Positions 9,524 to 19,709 of a stretch of DNA of 64,000 nucleotides are shown here, in pieces. The stretch's first letter is position 1. Every line of letters begins with the position of its first letter. Source of the stretch: Candidatus Obscuribacteraceae bacterium (lineage in GTDB: Bacteria; Cyanobacteriota; Vampirovibrionia; Obscuribacterales; Obscuribacteraceae); the NCBI GenBank assembly GCA_044229845.1, contig JBGASG010000010.1, forward strand, positions 96,001 to 160,000, in the 5' to 3' direction. A model generated the notes under the pieces. The model was not told the DNA's origin, made no database searches, and saw only the letters and a list, made by a program, of their open reading frames with translations. A program made the position numbers and the translations under genes.

Positions 9524-10015
9524 ATGAGCGGTATTTTCGAGAAGTGCGCTAGATGCGGAGCGACGGTCAGCCCGACCAGAGCCTGCCCCTATTGCATTGC
9601 TGAATACGGCTCCAGTTCGCAGGGCGACAATGGCGGTTCCAGCCCGGGAGCCCATGGCGGAGTGCCCAATCCGCAGACCGAAACGCTGGAAGACATTCTT
9701 TCTAAGTCGAGCAACCTGCGCGCGCCTTCGGGCATGGCAATGCTGATCAATAGAGACACTTCAGAGCGCTTTCCGCTGGCTCAATCCGTATCGAAGATAG
9801 GTCGAGACAAGGCCAACAATATCTCCCTGCACAACGACAGCTACGTGTCCCGCCACCATGCCTGGGTGCTCTTCATCAAAGGCAGCTACTGGGTAGAGGA
9901 CCTTGGTTCTACCAACGGCACCTTGCTCAACGACGAGCTGCTCTCCGAGCGCAAACAGATTTTCCCGGGCGATCGCATAAAAATCGGCAGAACCGAACTG
10001 GTTTTCGAGCTTTAA
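9524..10015 (+). CDS. FHA-domain protein with N-terminal CxxC-CxxC zinc ribbon
   Basis: IGRD, VSRHHA, DLGSTNGT, GDRIKIG; CARC and CPYC. Confidence 0.9.
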   Translation: MSGIFEKCARCGATVSPTRACPYCIAEYGSSSQGDNGGSSPGAHGGVPNPQTETLEDILSKSSNLRAPSGMAMLINRDTSERFPLAQSVSKIGRDKANNISLHNDSYVSRHHAWVLFIKGSYWVEDLGSTNGTLLNDELLSERKQIFPGDRIKIGRTELVFEL

Positions 10016-10100
10016 CTGCGGTTGCCTAAACGCATCTAACATGCCCGCGCACGGTCCACACCACAGGTGGTGCTGAGCCTTCTGATAAAATTGGGCGTCT

Positions 10101-10766
10101 ATGGTGTTTCAAATGGCTGACATCGCATTCAATTCGGTTGGCGATAGTACCCAGAACCAGCGGCGTGTTCCGCGCCTGGTACTGGCATCTCAGTCGCCAC
10201 GGCGCATCGACCTGCTGCACGCGCTGGGCTTGCGCTTTGAGGTGATTCCCAGCCAGGCTGACGAAACTATCGAGCCCGGCGAAGAGCCGGCAGCCATGGT
10301 GCGCCGGCTGGCACAGAAGAAAGCCGATGAAGTGGCCACGCGCCTCAGTGAGGTCGGCAGCGAATCTGTAGTGCTGGGCGCCGACACCACGGTCGCCCTG
10401 GACGGTGAGTCGCTGGGCAAGCCGGAATCGCGCGAGGAAGTGGTGAAGGTACTGCGCCGCCTCTCGGGCAAGTCCCACGAAGTTTATACGGCGGTGGCGC
10501 TGATTTGCCTGCCGCGCAAGGAAGTGCTTCTTGACTACCAGGTGACGCGGGTCTATTTCCGCGAACTACGCGACGCCGAGATCAGGGCGTATGCACAGCT
10601 GGACGAGCCCATGGACAAAGCCGGATCCTACGCACTGCAAGGCGTCGCTTCCTGCTTTGTGGAAAAAATAGAAGGCTGCTACACGAATGTGATCGGGCTG
10701 CCGATACCACTGACGGTATCAATGCTGCGCAAAACCGGGATGCGCGTTCTCGACATCCCCACCTGA
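10101..10766 (+). CDS. maf: Maf family nucleoside triphosphate pyrophosphatase
   Basis: LASQSPRR, GADT, LGKP, DKAGSY, NVIGLP. Confidence 0.93.
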   Translation: MVFQMADIAFNSVGDSTQNQRRVPRLVLASQSPRRIDLLHALGLRFEVIPSQADETIEPGEEPAAMVRRLAQKKADEVATRLSEVGSESVVLGADTTVALDGESLGKPESREEVVKVLRRLSGKSHEVYTAVALICLPRKEVLLDYQVTRVYFRELRDAEIRAYAQLDEPMDKAGSYALQGVASCFVEKIEGCYTNVIGLPIPLTVSMLRKTGMRVLDIPT

Positions 10767-11923
10767 TGGCCATAGAGACCTCCGCCTCCGAAAGACTGAA
10801 GCGCGAGCTGCAAGGCTTTCGGTTTTGCTTTCCGATTATGGATAGACTCGGGGAGTTTCTGGATTCAGATCAAAACAATCACCTGCGCGGAAAAGTGATC
10901 GGCTGGCACTGCCACCTGACCTCGATCACCGCGGCCACTGCGGAAGTGATGGTGACCGCCGGTGCACGTCTGTTTCTTTCCGAGTGCAACCCGCACACCA
11001 CCGACCATGACTCGGTGTCCTACATGCAGAGCCTGGGTGCGCAAGTCTTTACCGGCGCGCAATCAGTTGAGAAGGTGCTGGCGGCCGCGCCGGTTTTGAC
11101 CTCGGACACCGGCTTCGTGCTCACGCGGGCAGCGATTGCCGGCGGTCGCCTGCCATTCGCCGGCAACGAAATCACCAGCTCGGGCGTGAGCGCCTTACGC
11201 GCACTGCCGGCGGTGCCAATGCCGGTGATCAACATCAACGATGGGCAACTGAAACATAATATCGAAAACTTTCATGGTGTCGGCGATGGTGTCATCGACG
11301 CGCTCTTCAAGTTAACCGGCAGAGTCTGGTCAGGTCGACCGGTAGCAGTTCTCGGCTACGGTCGCGTCGGCGCCGGCGTAGCCCGTTACTTGCAGCAGCT
11401 GGGGGCAGTGGTGGCGATCGCGGAAGTCGATCCGGTGCGTCAGTTGATGGCGCATTATGACGGTTTTGCGCTGACATCGCTGGCACAAGCGCTGCCCCAA
11501 AGCGAGCTTTTGATTACCGCCAGCGGCAGTCGATCGCCGGTGCCGGAGCAGCTCTGGCACACCGCCCGTCCCGGCATGGTGGTTTTGAATGTGGCGCACT
11601 TCGCCAGCGAACTGGATTCTCTTAAAGAAACCGCCACTGCAGTGACGCCTTTCAGTGAACATCTGGAACGTGTGCAGTTAGAGGGGACGCATGTGCTCAT
11701 GGCTACGTCCGGCAGCCCGGCGAACGTGGTAATGCTCACCGGCTCCGCCGAACCATGCCTGATTCACCTGACCACCGAAATGCTTTCCCTTAACTACCTG
11801 GGCGCCCTTCTGGACAGAGGCGAGAGCTTGCCTGCCGGCGAACACAAAGTTCCATATGAAGTTGAGCGACAGTCGAGCCTGCTGGCTCTGGCGGCACTGG
11901 ACGGCAGCGCCGCGCAGCCCTAG
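10766..11923 (+). CDS. ahcY: Divergent adenosylhomocysteinase-like protein
   Basis: HCHLT, CNPHTT, EITSSGV, ININDGQLK..ENFHG, GYGRVG, EVDPV, NVAHF. Confidence 0.75.
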   Translation: MAIETSASERLKRELQGFRFCFPIMDRLGEFLDSDQNNHLRGKVIGWHCHLTSITAATAEVMVTAGARLFLSECNPHTTDHDSVSYMQSLGAQVFTGAQSVEKVLAAAPVLTSDTGFVLTRAAIAGGRLPFAGNEITSSGVSALRALPAVPMPVININDGQLKHNIENFHGVGDGVIDALFKLTGRVWSGRPVAVLGYGRVGAGVARYLQQLGAVVAIAEVDPVRQLMAHYDGFALTSLAQALPQSELLITASGSRSPVPEQLWHTARPGMVVLNVAHFASELDSLKETATAVTPFSEHLERVQLEGTHVLMATSGSPANVVMLTGSAEPCLIHLTTEMLSLNYLGALLDRGESLPAGEHKVPYEVERQSSLLALAALDGSAAQP

Positions 11924-12028
11924 AAAGAGTTAAGAACACCGGGTTTTCCGCCCAAGACAAGGCGCTTGGAGACGTGTTAACCTGAGCTAGTTATGGTTGG
12001 ATCGGCTTAAAATCAAGCAAGGTGTGAC

Positions 12029-13477
12029 ATGCGCGCTCGCTCTGTTTCGCTTGTTGTTGGCTGCCTGATGGCTCTGGGCGCCGGTTTCCCGGCTCTGGCC
12101 GCCGATGACGGCTCGTCCTCGATGGATTCCATATGGCTGGATGCCCCGCAGCCGGCGCCTGCAGGCGAATCGCCCAATCCGGCATCGCCGAAGCCCACCA
12201 CCACGACGACGACTCCCAAATCCAACAAGACCAAGTCCAGCCCCGCTTCTAAAGAATCAAAAGAGCCTAAACAATCTAAAGAGCCGGCCGCCGTCGCCCC
12301 GTCATTAACACCCGCACCGGCTATCGAAACTTCGGCCGATTCAGCCGCCGGCACCACGGCCGCTCCGTCGACCGCCACCACGACCGGCGGTGCCGCGCCC
12401 GCCGAAACGCAGCCCAACACTGTTGCCCCCATGGTCACCCTCGATTATTTCAAGACCAGCTCGCTGGTCACAAAAGGAGGCTGGCCCGGCGTCGGTCCCT
12501 TCAAAGAAGAAGGCTCGCCGCTCGACCTCAGCGACCCGAACGGCAACCGATTGAAAGTGGACGTCAGCGGCACACAGGTGACACGCGCCGAACTGAATTT
12601 GCAAAAACCGAGCAACGACTTCCTGGATGTGCAAATGAACGCTGACTTTCTGCTCGAATCGGTAGGCGTGAAGCCTAAGAAGATCGTCGAGTTCAATGAG
12701 CAGCTGGAAAAGAATCGCACTCTCGTCACCAAGGGCGATGGCATGCCGAACATGACCGTCGGCAGATATTTTGTCGCCATCCAGAAATCCGCTGCCGATT
12801 CCTCTGCGCTGGCAATTTCCGTGAATAGTTTGGATGCCGATCGGTCGGCTCTGCAAGCTCATTCTGTCTCGCAAGAAACACCGCCGCAAACCACGGGCAA
12901 CAAAATCGCCGGCATTTTCGGTCTGAACAAGACGCCGCAAACCTCGTCCACCGCAACGCAGCCAGCCAAGACACAGCCGGTCAAGACGACTCCTGCCAAG
13001 ACGACGCCGCCCGCCACCACCGGTGGCAGCACGGCTGCGGCATCTCCCGGCGGCGATTTGAAAGAAACCTTCCAGACTCTCGTGCGCAACTGGCAAAACC
13101 TGAAGAAAACTGCCGTGCGCCAGAAGCAGACCAGCGACCTGGCCCAGTTTCTCGCCGGGCAGGCGCTCTCCCGGCAGACTACCGCCATTAAATGGTTGGT
13201 CGACAACAAACAGTATTACGACATCACTCCGCAATCGGTAGTGGTTGAGAAAGTCTCGCCGGTCACTGCCGGCAACGACAAAAAGTTCCTCGTGTCCACA
13301 GTCATCAAAGAACACAGCAAGCGCTGTGAAGACGCCGGCAAGGTCGTCCTGGACAAAGACGACACTTACAAAGTCAATTACACCATTGAGAAGATCGGCG
13401 ACCGCTGGTTTATCGTCGACTCGGCGGTGCCCAGCGCAACAACCAAGCCCGCGGCGGGCGGCAAAACGGGCCGATAA
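12029..13477 (+). CDS. Secreted protein with P/T-rich linkers and C-terminal ARC6/Ftn2 IMS-like (DUF4101) domain
   Basis: Signal peptide ending ALA; C-terminal LVRNWQNLKKTA..LAGQAL..YY..YKVNYTIEKIGDRWFI. Confidence 0.65.
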   Translation: MRARSVSLVVGCLMALGAGFPALAADDGSSSMDSIWLDAPQPAPAGESPNPASPKPTTTTTTPKSNKTKSSPASKESKEPKQSKEPAAVAPSLTPAPAIETSADSAAGTTAAPSTATTTGGAAPAETQPNTVAPMVTLDYFKTSSLVTKGGWPGVGPFKEEGSPLDLSDPNGNRLKVDVSGTQVTRAELNLQKPSNDFLDVQMNADFLLESVGVKPKKIVEFNEQLEKNRTLVTKGDGMPNMTVGRYFVAIQKSAADSSALAISVNSLDADRSALQAHSVSQETPPQTTGNKIAGIFGLNKTPQTSSTATQPAKTQPVKTTPAKTTPPATTGGSTAAASPGGDLKETFQTLVRNWQNLKKTAVRQKQTSDLAQFLAGQALSRQTTAIKWLVDNKQYYDITPQSVVVEKVSPVTAGNDKKFLVSTVIKEHSKRCEDAGKVVLDKDDTYKVNYTIEKIGDRWFIVDSAVPSATTKPAAGGKTGR

Positions 13478-13480
13478 CCG

Positions 13481-15064
13481 ATGAAGCCTGGTCGCACCCC
13501 GAGACGCCATCTGCTTCTCTTGAGCGCCACCGCGGCAATAGTTCTGTCCGCGTCCATGCTTTTGACGGGTCGCGCGGCGATACCGCAAGTGATGGCACAA
13601 GAGCGTGGCCGCGGTCTTTCGATTTCCGATCATACTGGTAAACCCCTGATACCGAGCGCGGTGCTGCGCGTGGGCAAGGACGTTTATTTCTTGACACCGG
13701 ACGACATCTGGTTCGTCGAAAATGCCACCGATTTCCTGCCGCCGTTGCAGCAACTGCGCGCCCGCCCGATCACGCCCGCGAAAGGCAAAGTCAACAACAT
13801 TCCGCTGCACGAATTGAGTGACTTCGCCTACGTACCCAAACGAAACAGCATTGCGGTGCTCGACAAAACCGGCGACGTTTTTGAATACTCGCTGTCCACA
13901 AAAAAATGGAGCCTGCTCATGGACAGCGCGCAGTCGGCCGGCGAACCGGATTATGTGGAACTGTGCGCAGCGCCCGAGCATATTTGCCTTCTCGATCCTG
14001 AGCTAAATCAACTTCTGCAGCTGCCGGGAGCCAACCGCGTTTTCTCGGGAACAGCGCCGTGGCGCGTGCATAAAGGTGATGTCAGTGTCGCCGACGGCGT
14101 GGCCATTGCTTACGATGGTGCCGCCCTCGTGTTGCATCGCAACGGACGCATCACCACATTCGGGTCCGGCGGCAGAGCCCAGACCAAAATGGACTGGAGG
14201 CCACCGTCCCACGTCCGACCGACACGTTTTTATGCCTGCGCCAACGGCGGACCTCTCTACATCGTCGACCGCGAAAACAATCGCGTGCTGGCACTGATCC
14301 GCTCCAATCAAAAACTGGCCTGGCAGCACTATCTATTTAGTGCCGACAGCGATCTGCGCGGATTAATCCCCGGGCAGAATGCATTCTGGATTCTCGACCG
14401 CAACAAGCTGATATTGCGCAGTCTCGCCGATGTGGATGAGCCGGATGCCAAACCTAATTCGCGAGTTCTTGACGAGCGCCTTGCTGGCTTTGCTATGCCA
14501 ATCAAGAATAGCGCTCTGCCTCGCCATCCAGGAGTATTTCCGGGTTCACGCCGCCTCTACAGGCGGGGCATTCACGCTGGACTGGATCTGTTTCATGACC
14601 CCGGCTGCGGTACCAACGTAAAAATGGATACACCGGTGCTGGCGGTAGAAAGTGGCACCGTCATCCGCGCCGACTGGGGATATAAAGATCTGCCGCCGGC
14701 GCAGTACTGGGCGAAGATTCAAGCCTGCCGCAGCCAGCATGACTGCTCGGAAATCAACGAGAATTTTTTCCGCGGACGGCAAATCGAAATCGACCATGGC
14801 AACGGCGTGATTACTCGTTACGCGCACTTGAATGGAATCAAGAAGGGATTGAAAGTGGGCGCCCGGGTGTCAAGAGGCGAACATATAGGCTATGTGGGCG
14901 TTTCGGGAACCAGCAACACGTTGCCAGGACATCCCAAGTATCCGCACCTGCACTTCGAAGTCTGGATCGATGGAAAATACCTGGGTTACGGTTTAACGCC
15001 GGAAGAAACAATTTGCCAATTTGAGGATATATTTGGAGCAATCTGCAAGCGAGGCGGTTCATGA
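13481..15064 (+). CDS. Exported M23 family metallopeptidase with N-terminal beta-propeller-like region
   Basis: HAGLD (HxxxD), YAHL, HLHFEV (HxH); N-terminal hydrophobic signal. Confidence 0.88.
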   Translation: MKPGRTPRRHLLLLSATAAIVLSASMLLTGRAAIPQVMAQERGRGLSISDHTGKPLIPSAVLRVGKDVYFLTPDDIWFVENATDFLPPLQQLRARPITPAKGKVNNIPLHELSDFAYVPKRNSIAVLDKTGDVFEYSLSTKKWSLLMDSAQSAGEPDYVELCAAPEHICLLDPELNQLLQLPGANRVFSGTAPWRVHKGDVSVADGVAIAYDGAALVLHRNGRITTFGSGGRAQTKMDWRPPSHVRPTRFYACANGGPLYIVDRENNRVLALIRSNQKLAWQHYLFSADSDLRGLIPGQNAFWILDRNKLILRSLADVDEPDAKPNSRVLDERLAGFAMPIKNSALPRHPGVFPGSRRLYRRGIHAGLDLFHDPGCGTNVKMDTPVLAVESGTVIRADWGYKDLPPAQYWAKIQACRSQHDCSEINENFFRGRQIEIDHGNGVITRYAHLNGIKKGLKVGARVSRGEHIGYVGVSGTSNTLPGHPKYPHLHFEVWIDGKYLGYGLTPEETICQFEDIFGAICKRGGS

Positions 15065-17691
15065 ATACGGATAAACCAACATCTGAATTGGGACACGGCA
15101 TCACTTTTCTTATGGTGGCACTGTCTATCACCATCGGCATGTCGCAAACTGCTGCCGATGCATCAAGCAAGGACCGAGCCAGACACCAGGCTATTCCGAA
15201 ATCGGCAAAAGTGGCATTGAAGATCGCCACCAAAGAAAAAATCGCCGCTAACGAAAAAGACGCCAAGGCTGATAACGAGAAAGACAAAGACAAGAAAGAC
15301 GCAAAAGTCGACAAAGACGTAAAGTCCGATAAAGGCAAAGCCAAGGAAGAGAAGAAAGCCGCCGACGGAAAAGCGAAGGCCGACGCCAAGGCTGCCAAAA
15401 AAGACGCCAAAGACTCGAAAGCCGCAAAAGACGAGAAAGCGGAAGGCAAGGGTTTCTTCAAAGGAATTTTCGGCAAGGAAGAAGAAGGCAAAAACGCCAC
15501 TGCCAAAGACGGCAAAGCCGAGACTTCCCCGTCCGCCGGTAAGTCTCCGTCCGCCGGCGATGATGCCGCCAGCGGTGCCGCAGCAGCAACTCCACCGGCA
15601 GTGCCGTCCGCACCGGCTCCAACACCAGCGCCGGCGGCAGCCAAACCGGTAGCGCAGGCAGCCACCGACAGCGCCACCGGAGCCGAGCCGAAATACATTC
15701 CAGATGCCGCTTTGATCAGCATTCTCAAAGACATTAGCAAGAGCCTGGCAGACAACGACGACATCAAAAATATCGAGGATCCGGCTCAGAAAGTCGCCAT
15801 CAAACTGGCTGCCGATACACTCACGAAAGCGCTTGCCGATCCGGATCTCGGCACCAACCGGATCATCACCGCCGAAGACCGCCCTCGCGTGGAGACCCGC
15901 CTGGTCGCCGAGACCTGGGACTCACAACTGGTACAGCTGGGACCGAACTGCACGGCATCGTTGTCGACGCTGTGGGCGAAGCGAGCCAACGGACTGGTCA
16001 ACATTTCTATCGCGGGCACTTGCGGATGCAAGGCGGTTCCCGGTAGCACTACGGATACAAAGATCGGCGAGTGGATTGTCGTGTTGACTGGCAAATCGGC
16101 AATCGACAAAGGATTTGATATTCAAACCCAGCAGGAGGTGCCCTTCTGGTTGGGCAAGCTGAGTGGATTTACGGTCGAAGCAACCGTTTGCTCACAGGAG
16201 GCGCAGGAAACCGGAAAAAAGCCTCAGTCGCCAGCACTGGTTCTCAAATCAGTGCTGACGGAACGCGGTCGCAAGCACCTGGAAGCCGTGACGGCATGGC
16301 AAAGCGCACAGAAACTGGCAATCTTGCAAGCGGAGCAAGAACGCACACGCACTGAAGAAGAAGCCAAACTGGCAGCCGAGGTCAAAGCCAAAGAACAAGA
16401 CCGGCTGTCTATGGAAGCTAAAATTGCCGCCGAGAAAGAGCGGGTCGAAAACGAAGTGCGCGCCAAACTAGCTGCCGAAGCGGCGCTCAAGGCTGTAGCT
16501 GAGCAGAAAGCTAAAGAACTGGCGGAAGCCGAAGCACGCGCAAAAATGGACGAAAAGGCGAAAGCCGAAGCGGCCGCCGCCGAAGCTGAAGCCAAAGCGA
16601 AAGCCGAAGAAGAGGCAAAAGCCAAGTTAGAGGCGGAAGCAAAAGCCAAAGTAGAAGCGGAAGCGAAAGCCAAGGCCGAAGCTGAGGCGAAAGCCAAAGC
16701 CGAATTGGAAGCGAAAGCGGAATTAGAAGCCAAGGCCAAAGCCGAAGCGAAAGCCAAGGAAGAAGCCGAAGCCAAAGCCAAGGCCGAAGAAGATGCGGCA
16801 AAGGCAAAAGTCGCTGCCACCACTCCCAGTACCAACTACAACTATGGCAGTCGCACTTGGGACAGCCCGGCGCCTGTACAAGCCAGCGGACTGCCTAAAT
16901 CAGGCAGCGGCAAGACTACGCTACTTGTGCCTGACCGTGCAGTCGCCGGCCAGTATGTAACGGCAGCGGCTGTAAATGAAAGCAACGTCGGCGAATCATA
17001 CGTCGAACTGGCATTCAATGGTGCCGCCTTGACGACAGCAAACGACGGAACCGTTCATTATATGGTGCCTGAAGATTCAGCGCCTGGTCCGACGATGGTC
17101 GTCACCTTACCTGGTAATCCTCTTGATGCACCGAAATCCATGGAAGTGCTGCAACCTTTGATGGTGCCGGCTACACAGCAGGTGCCGCGCATTGATAAAG
17201 CCAACCCGATGGTGGCGGCCGGCGAGGTATTAACCATCGACGGTCACAGTTTCGATGGAGTCGGCGACAACAATCGCGTGATTGTGGATGGTGCCGGCGA
17301 TGCCAAAGTATTGGCCGCCTCACCGGTGCAACTGAAAGTGGAGTTGCCGCGCGGGATCGCCGCCGGGCGCCATTCAATAAGCATCAGCACAGCCGGGTTG
17401 CGCAGCAATCCGATGTTTGTAGATGTCGTCTCGGTGCGCATCGACACGCTCGGCAAAGACGACCTCAAACGGATCAAGGTCTGCGTGCTCGGCACTCAAA
17501 ACAAAGTGACGCTTAAGCTCACAAATCGCTCTCCCGAGGTGGTGAGATTAGCCAAAGGCGACGAGCAATTCGTGACGACGGCAGGCGGTACCGATAACTA
17601 TGCAATGGTCACCGCTCAGCGCGTCGGCAAAGGCGCGGTGAACATCAACGCCCGGGTTGAGCCGCCCACAGCAGTCAGCCGCGCGTACTAG
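15061..17691 (+). CDS. Large exported protein with K/D-rich region, TolA-like AEAKAK helix and C-terminal IPT/TIG-like domain
   Basis: Signal peptide; long A/E/K repeat; GEVLTIDGHSF...VLAASPVQLKVELP Ig-like pattern; ATGA overlap. Confidence 0.7.
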   Translation: MNTDKPTSELGHGITFLMVALSITIGMSQTAADASSKDRARHQAIPKSAKVALKIATKEKIAANEKDAKADNEKDKDKKDAKVDKDVKSDKGKAKEEKKAADGKAKADAKAAKKDAKDSKAAKDEKAEGKGFFKGIFGKEEEGKNATAKDGKAETSPSAGKSPSAGDDAASGAAAATPPAVPSAPAPTPAPAAAKPVAQAATDSATGAEPKYIPDAALISILKDISKSLADNDDIKNIEDPAQKVAIKLAADTLTKALADPDLGTNRIITAEDRPRVETRLVAETWDSQLVQLGPNCTASLSTLWAKRANGLVNISIAGTCGCKAVPGSTTDTKIGEWIVVLTGKSAIDKGFDIQTQQEVPFWLGKLSGFTVEATVCSQEAQETGKKPQSPALVLKSVLTERGRKHLEAVTAWQSAQKLAILQAEQERTRTEEEAKLAAEVKAKEQDRLSMEAKIAAEKERVENEVRAKLAAEAALKAVAEQKAKELAEAEARAKMDEKAKAEAAAAEAEAKAKAEEEAKAKLEAEAKAKVEAEAKAKAEAEAKAKAELEAKAELEAKAKAEAKAKEEAEAKAKAEEDAAKAKVAATTPSTNYNYGSRTWDSPAPVQASGLPKSGSGKTTLLVPDRAVAGQYVTAAAVNESNVGESYVELAFNGAALTTANDGTVHYMVPEDSAPGPTMVVTLPGNPLDAPKSMEVLQPLMVPATQQVPRIDKANPMVAAGEVLTIDGHSFDGVGDNNRVIVDGAGDAKVLAASPVQLKVELPRGIAAGRHSISISTAGLRSNPMFVDVVSVRIDTLGKDDLKRIKVCVLGTQNKVTLKLTNRSPEVVRLAKGDEQFVTTAGGTDNYAMVTAQRVGKGAVNINARVEPPTAVSRAY
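16520..16810 (+). repeat. Degenerate coding tandem repeat (AEAKAK/EAKAKAE)
   Basis: Repeated gccgaagcgaaagccaag-type units. Confidence 0.85.
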
Positions 17692-17818
17692 CACCGGACT
17701 ACAGCGCGTAGCCAAGAGCCGACCTTGACAATCGCCGGCGGACCTTCTTGATGACAGTTCCTCAAGAAACGGTTTGCGCCCACCGCCGCCTCCCGGCAAC
17801 CGGGTTAAAATGGTCCGC

Positions 17819-18310
17819 ATGGCTAAAAAGACCAAACCTGTAGAAGCGCCAATCAAGGACGCAGCGGCGTCGGCATCGCCAGGCACACAACCGGCATTGC
17901 AGCTTCCCGGCACCAGCAAGACGAAAGTCGAGAAAGTGAACAGCTATCTGTCGACCGTTTCGACGACACTGGCTATCCTCGGCGGTGTGGGCACGTTGGG
18001 CGTCTGGCTGGCAGCGAACTTTTACACCGGACTTGTGGAAGTGCGCCCGCAGGGACCTGCCGAATTTGTTGAAGTGCGCGTCTTCGATCAAAAAGGCGAA
18101 TCGACGACGTTTCACACGAGAAGATTTCCGCTCATGCCTGGTGAATATCACCTCGAGATCAAGACGAGCGAGAAAGCGCCTTTTCATGCCGACACCACGG
18201 TGCAATTCACCAAAACATCGGTCGTCGAAGTACCCGCTCACCCTGTTTTGGACAACGAGTCAAAACGACGTTGGTGGCAAATCTGGAAGAAGAAACCAGA
18301 ACAATCATGA
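17819..18310 (+). CDS. Hypothetical single-pass membrane protein with small beta domain
   Basis: One hydrophobic helix, LMPGEYHLEI; stop overlaps the hemL start (ATGA). Confidence 0.6.
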   Translation: MAKKTKPVEAPIKDAAASASPGTQPALQLPGTSKTKVEKVNSYLSTVSTTLAILGGVGTLGVWLAANFYTGLVEVRPQGPAEFVEVRVFDQKGESTTFHTRRFPLMPGEYHLEIKTSEKAPFHADTTVQFTKTSVVEVPAHPVLDNESKRRWWQIWKKKPEQS

Positions 18311-19587
18311 GCGTCACCACGCCTTCTTTCACTCGTTCTCAGCAACTATCTAAAGAGATCGCCGAACTGATTCCCGGCGGCGTCGACAGCCCGTTTCGTT
18401 CGTTCAAAGAAGTAGGCGGCGAGACCATTTTCTTCAATCGCGGATTGGGCTCGCGCATCTTCGATGTCGACGGCAACGAATACATCGATTATCTGGGCGC
18501 CTGGGGACCGGCAATTCTCGGCTACTGCTACCCGGAGGTGGTGGCGGCCTGCCAGCAAGCAGTGTCGGCCGGCGCGCTGTTCGGAGCACCGCACGAAGCA
18601 GAGCTTTCCATGGCCAAAGAACTAACCGCGACCATGCCCAGCATGGAGCAGGTGCGTTTCGTCAATTCCGGCACCGAAGCCGTGATGAGTGCGATTCGCC
18701 TGGCACGCGGATTTACAGGTCGCGATCTGATCATCATGTGCGAAGGAGGCTATCACGGGCACAGCGACTCAGTGCTGGCATCCGTATCGCACCGGTCCAG
18801 CGCCGGCATTCCGTCAGCTACCGCTCGCAACACAGTGCTCGTTCCTTTCAACGACGCAAAGGCGTTGCAAAAGGTGTTGCGCGTACGCGGCAAGCGCGTA
18901 GCAGCGCTGGTAATCGAACCTGTCTGCGGCTCGATGGGCGTCGTGCCGCCCCAGGACGGCTATCTCCAGCAAGTAGCTGAGCTTTGCGCAGCGCATGATG
19001 TAGTGTTGATCTTCGACGAGGTGCTCACCGGCCTGCGTATCGCCCACGGAGGCGCTCAGGCATACTATGGAATCAAACCAGACCTGACTTGTCTGGGTAA
19101 AGCGTTGGCAGGGGGCGCACCGATTGGTGCTTTCGGCGGGCGCCGCGACATCATGCAACACCTGGAACCGATCGGCAAGGTGTATCAGGCCGGTACGTTC
19201 TCAGGCAATCCGGTCACCATGGCAGGCGGCATCAAAACGTTGCAGATTCTCGCCAAACCGGATATCTACGAACACCTGGAAGAGCGTACTGCTCACCTCT
19301 TCGACGGATTGTCCAGGTCGATCGAGAAATACGGCGCCCCCATTCAGCTGCAGCGCGTCGGCTCCATGTTCGCCATTATCTTCGCACCAAATCCGGTGCG
19401 CAACTTTCAAGACTCGCTCGCTATTGACGCGGCCAGCTTCGCAAAATTCTTCCACTATCTATTGAATCGGGGCGTCTATCTCCCGCCGTCCTCAGTCGAT
19501 GCCGCTTGCCTCTCGGCGGCGCATACATCTGATGATATCGACCGCACCATCGAAATCTGCGACCCGGCCATTCAACTGCTTGCTTAA
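18307..19587 (+). CDS. hemL: Glutamate-1-semialdehyde 2,1-aminomutase
   Basis: IPGGVDSPFR, VNSGTEA, YHGH, FDEV, LGK, YQAGTFSGNP. Confidence 0.95.
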   Translation: MSVTTPSFTRSQQLSKEIAELIPGGVDSPFRSFKEVGGETIFFNRGLGSRIFDVDGNEYIDYLGAWGPAILGYCYPEVVAACQQAVSAGALFGAPHEAELSMAKELTATMPSMEQVRFVNSGTEAVMSAIRLARGFTGRDLIIMCEGGYHGHSDSVLASVSHRSSAGIPSATARNTVLVPFNDAKALQKVLRVRGKRVAALVIEPVCGSMGVVPPQDGYLQQVAELCAAHDVVLIFDEVLTGLRIAHGGAQAYYGIKPDLTCLGKALAGGAPIGAFGGRRDIMQHLEPIGKVYQAGTFSGNPVTMAGGIKTLQILAKPDIYEHLEERTAHLFDGLSRSIEKYGAPIQLQRVGSMFAIIFAPNPVRNFQDSLAIDAASFAKFFHYLLNRGVYLPPSSVDAACLSAAHTSDDIDRTIEICDPAIQLLA

Positions 19588-19634
19588 AGCAACAAGGCGT
19601 TCGGTTTGCGCACGAGGGTGTGCGGGTTTGCGCA

Positions 19635-19663
19635 TTGCACGCCCCTAGCCGCCTGCCTATAAT
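19635..19663 (+). promoter_or_regulatory. Sigma70-type promoter for the five-paralogue operon
   Basis: TTGCAC-N17-TATAAT, ending 46 bp upstream of ATG 19710. Confidence 0.7.
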
Positions 19664-19709
19664 CCGAAGAAGCCCCACAAGTTCCCGTACCGTTGGCAGG
19701 AGAGAACAC

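Noticed and set aside
12341..13981. 546-aa minus-strand ORF
   Set aside because: Antisense shadow of two well-supported plus-strand genes with biased codons; no motifs
16224..16835. Ala/Ser-rich minus-strand ORF and DNA periodicity
   Set aside because: Reverse reading of the AEAKAK coding repeat; no unique spacers, so not a CRISPR array
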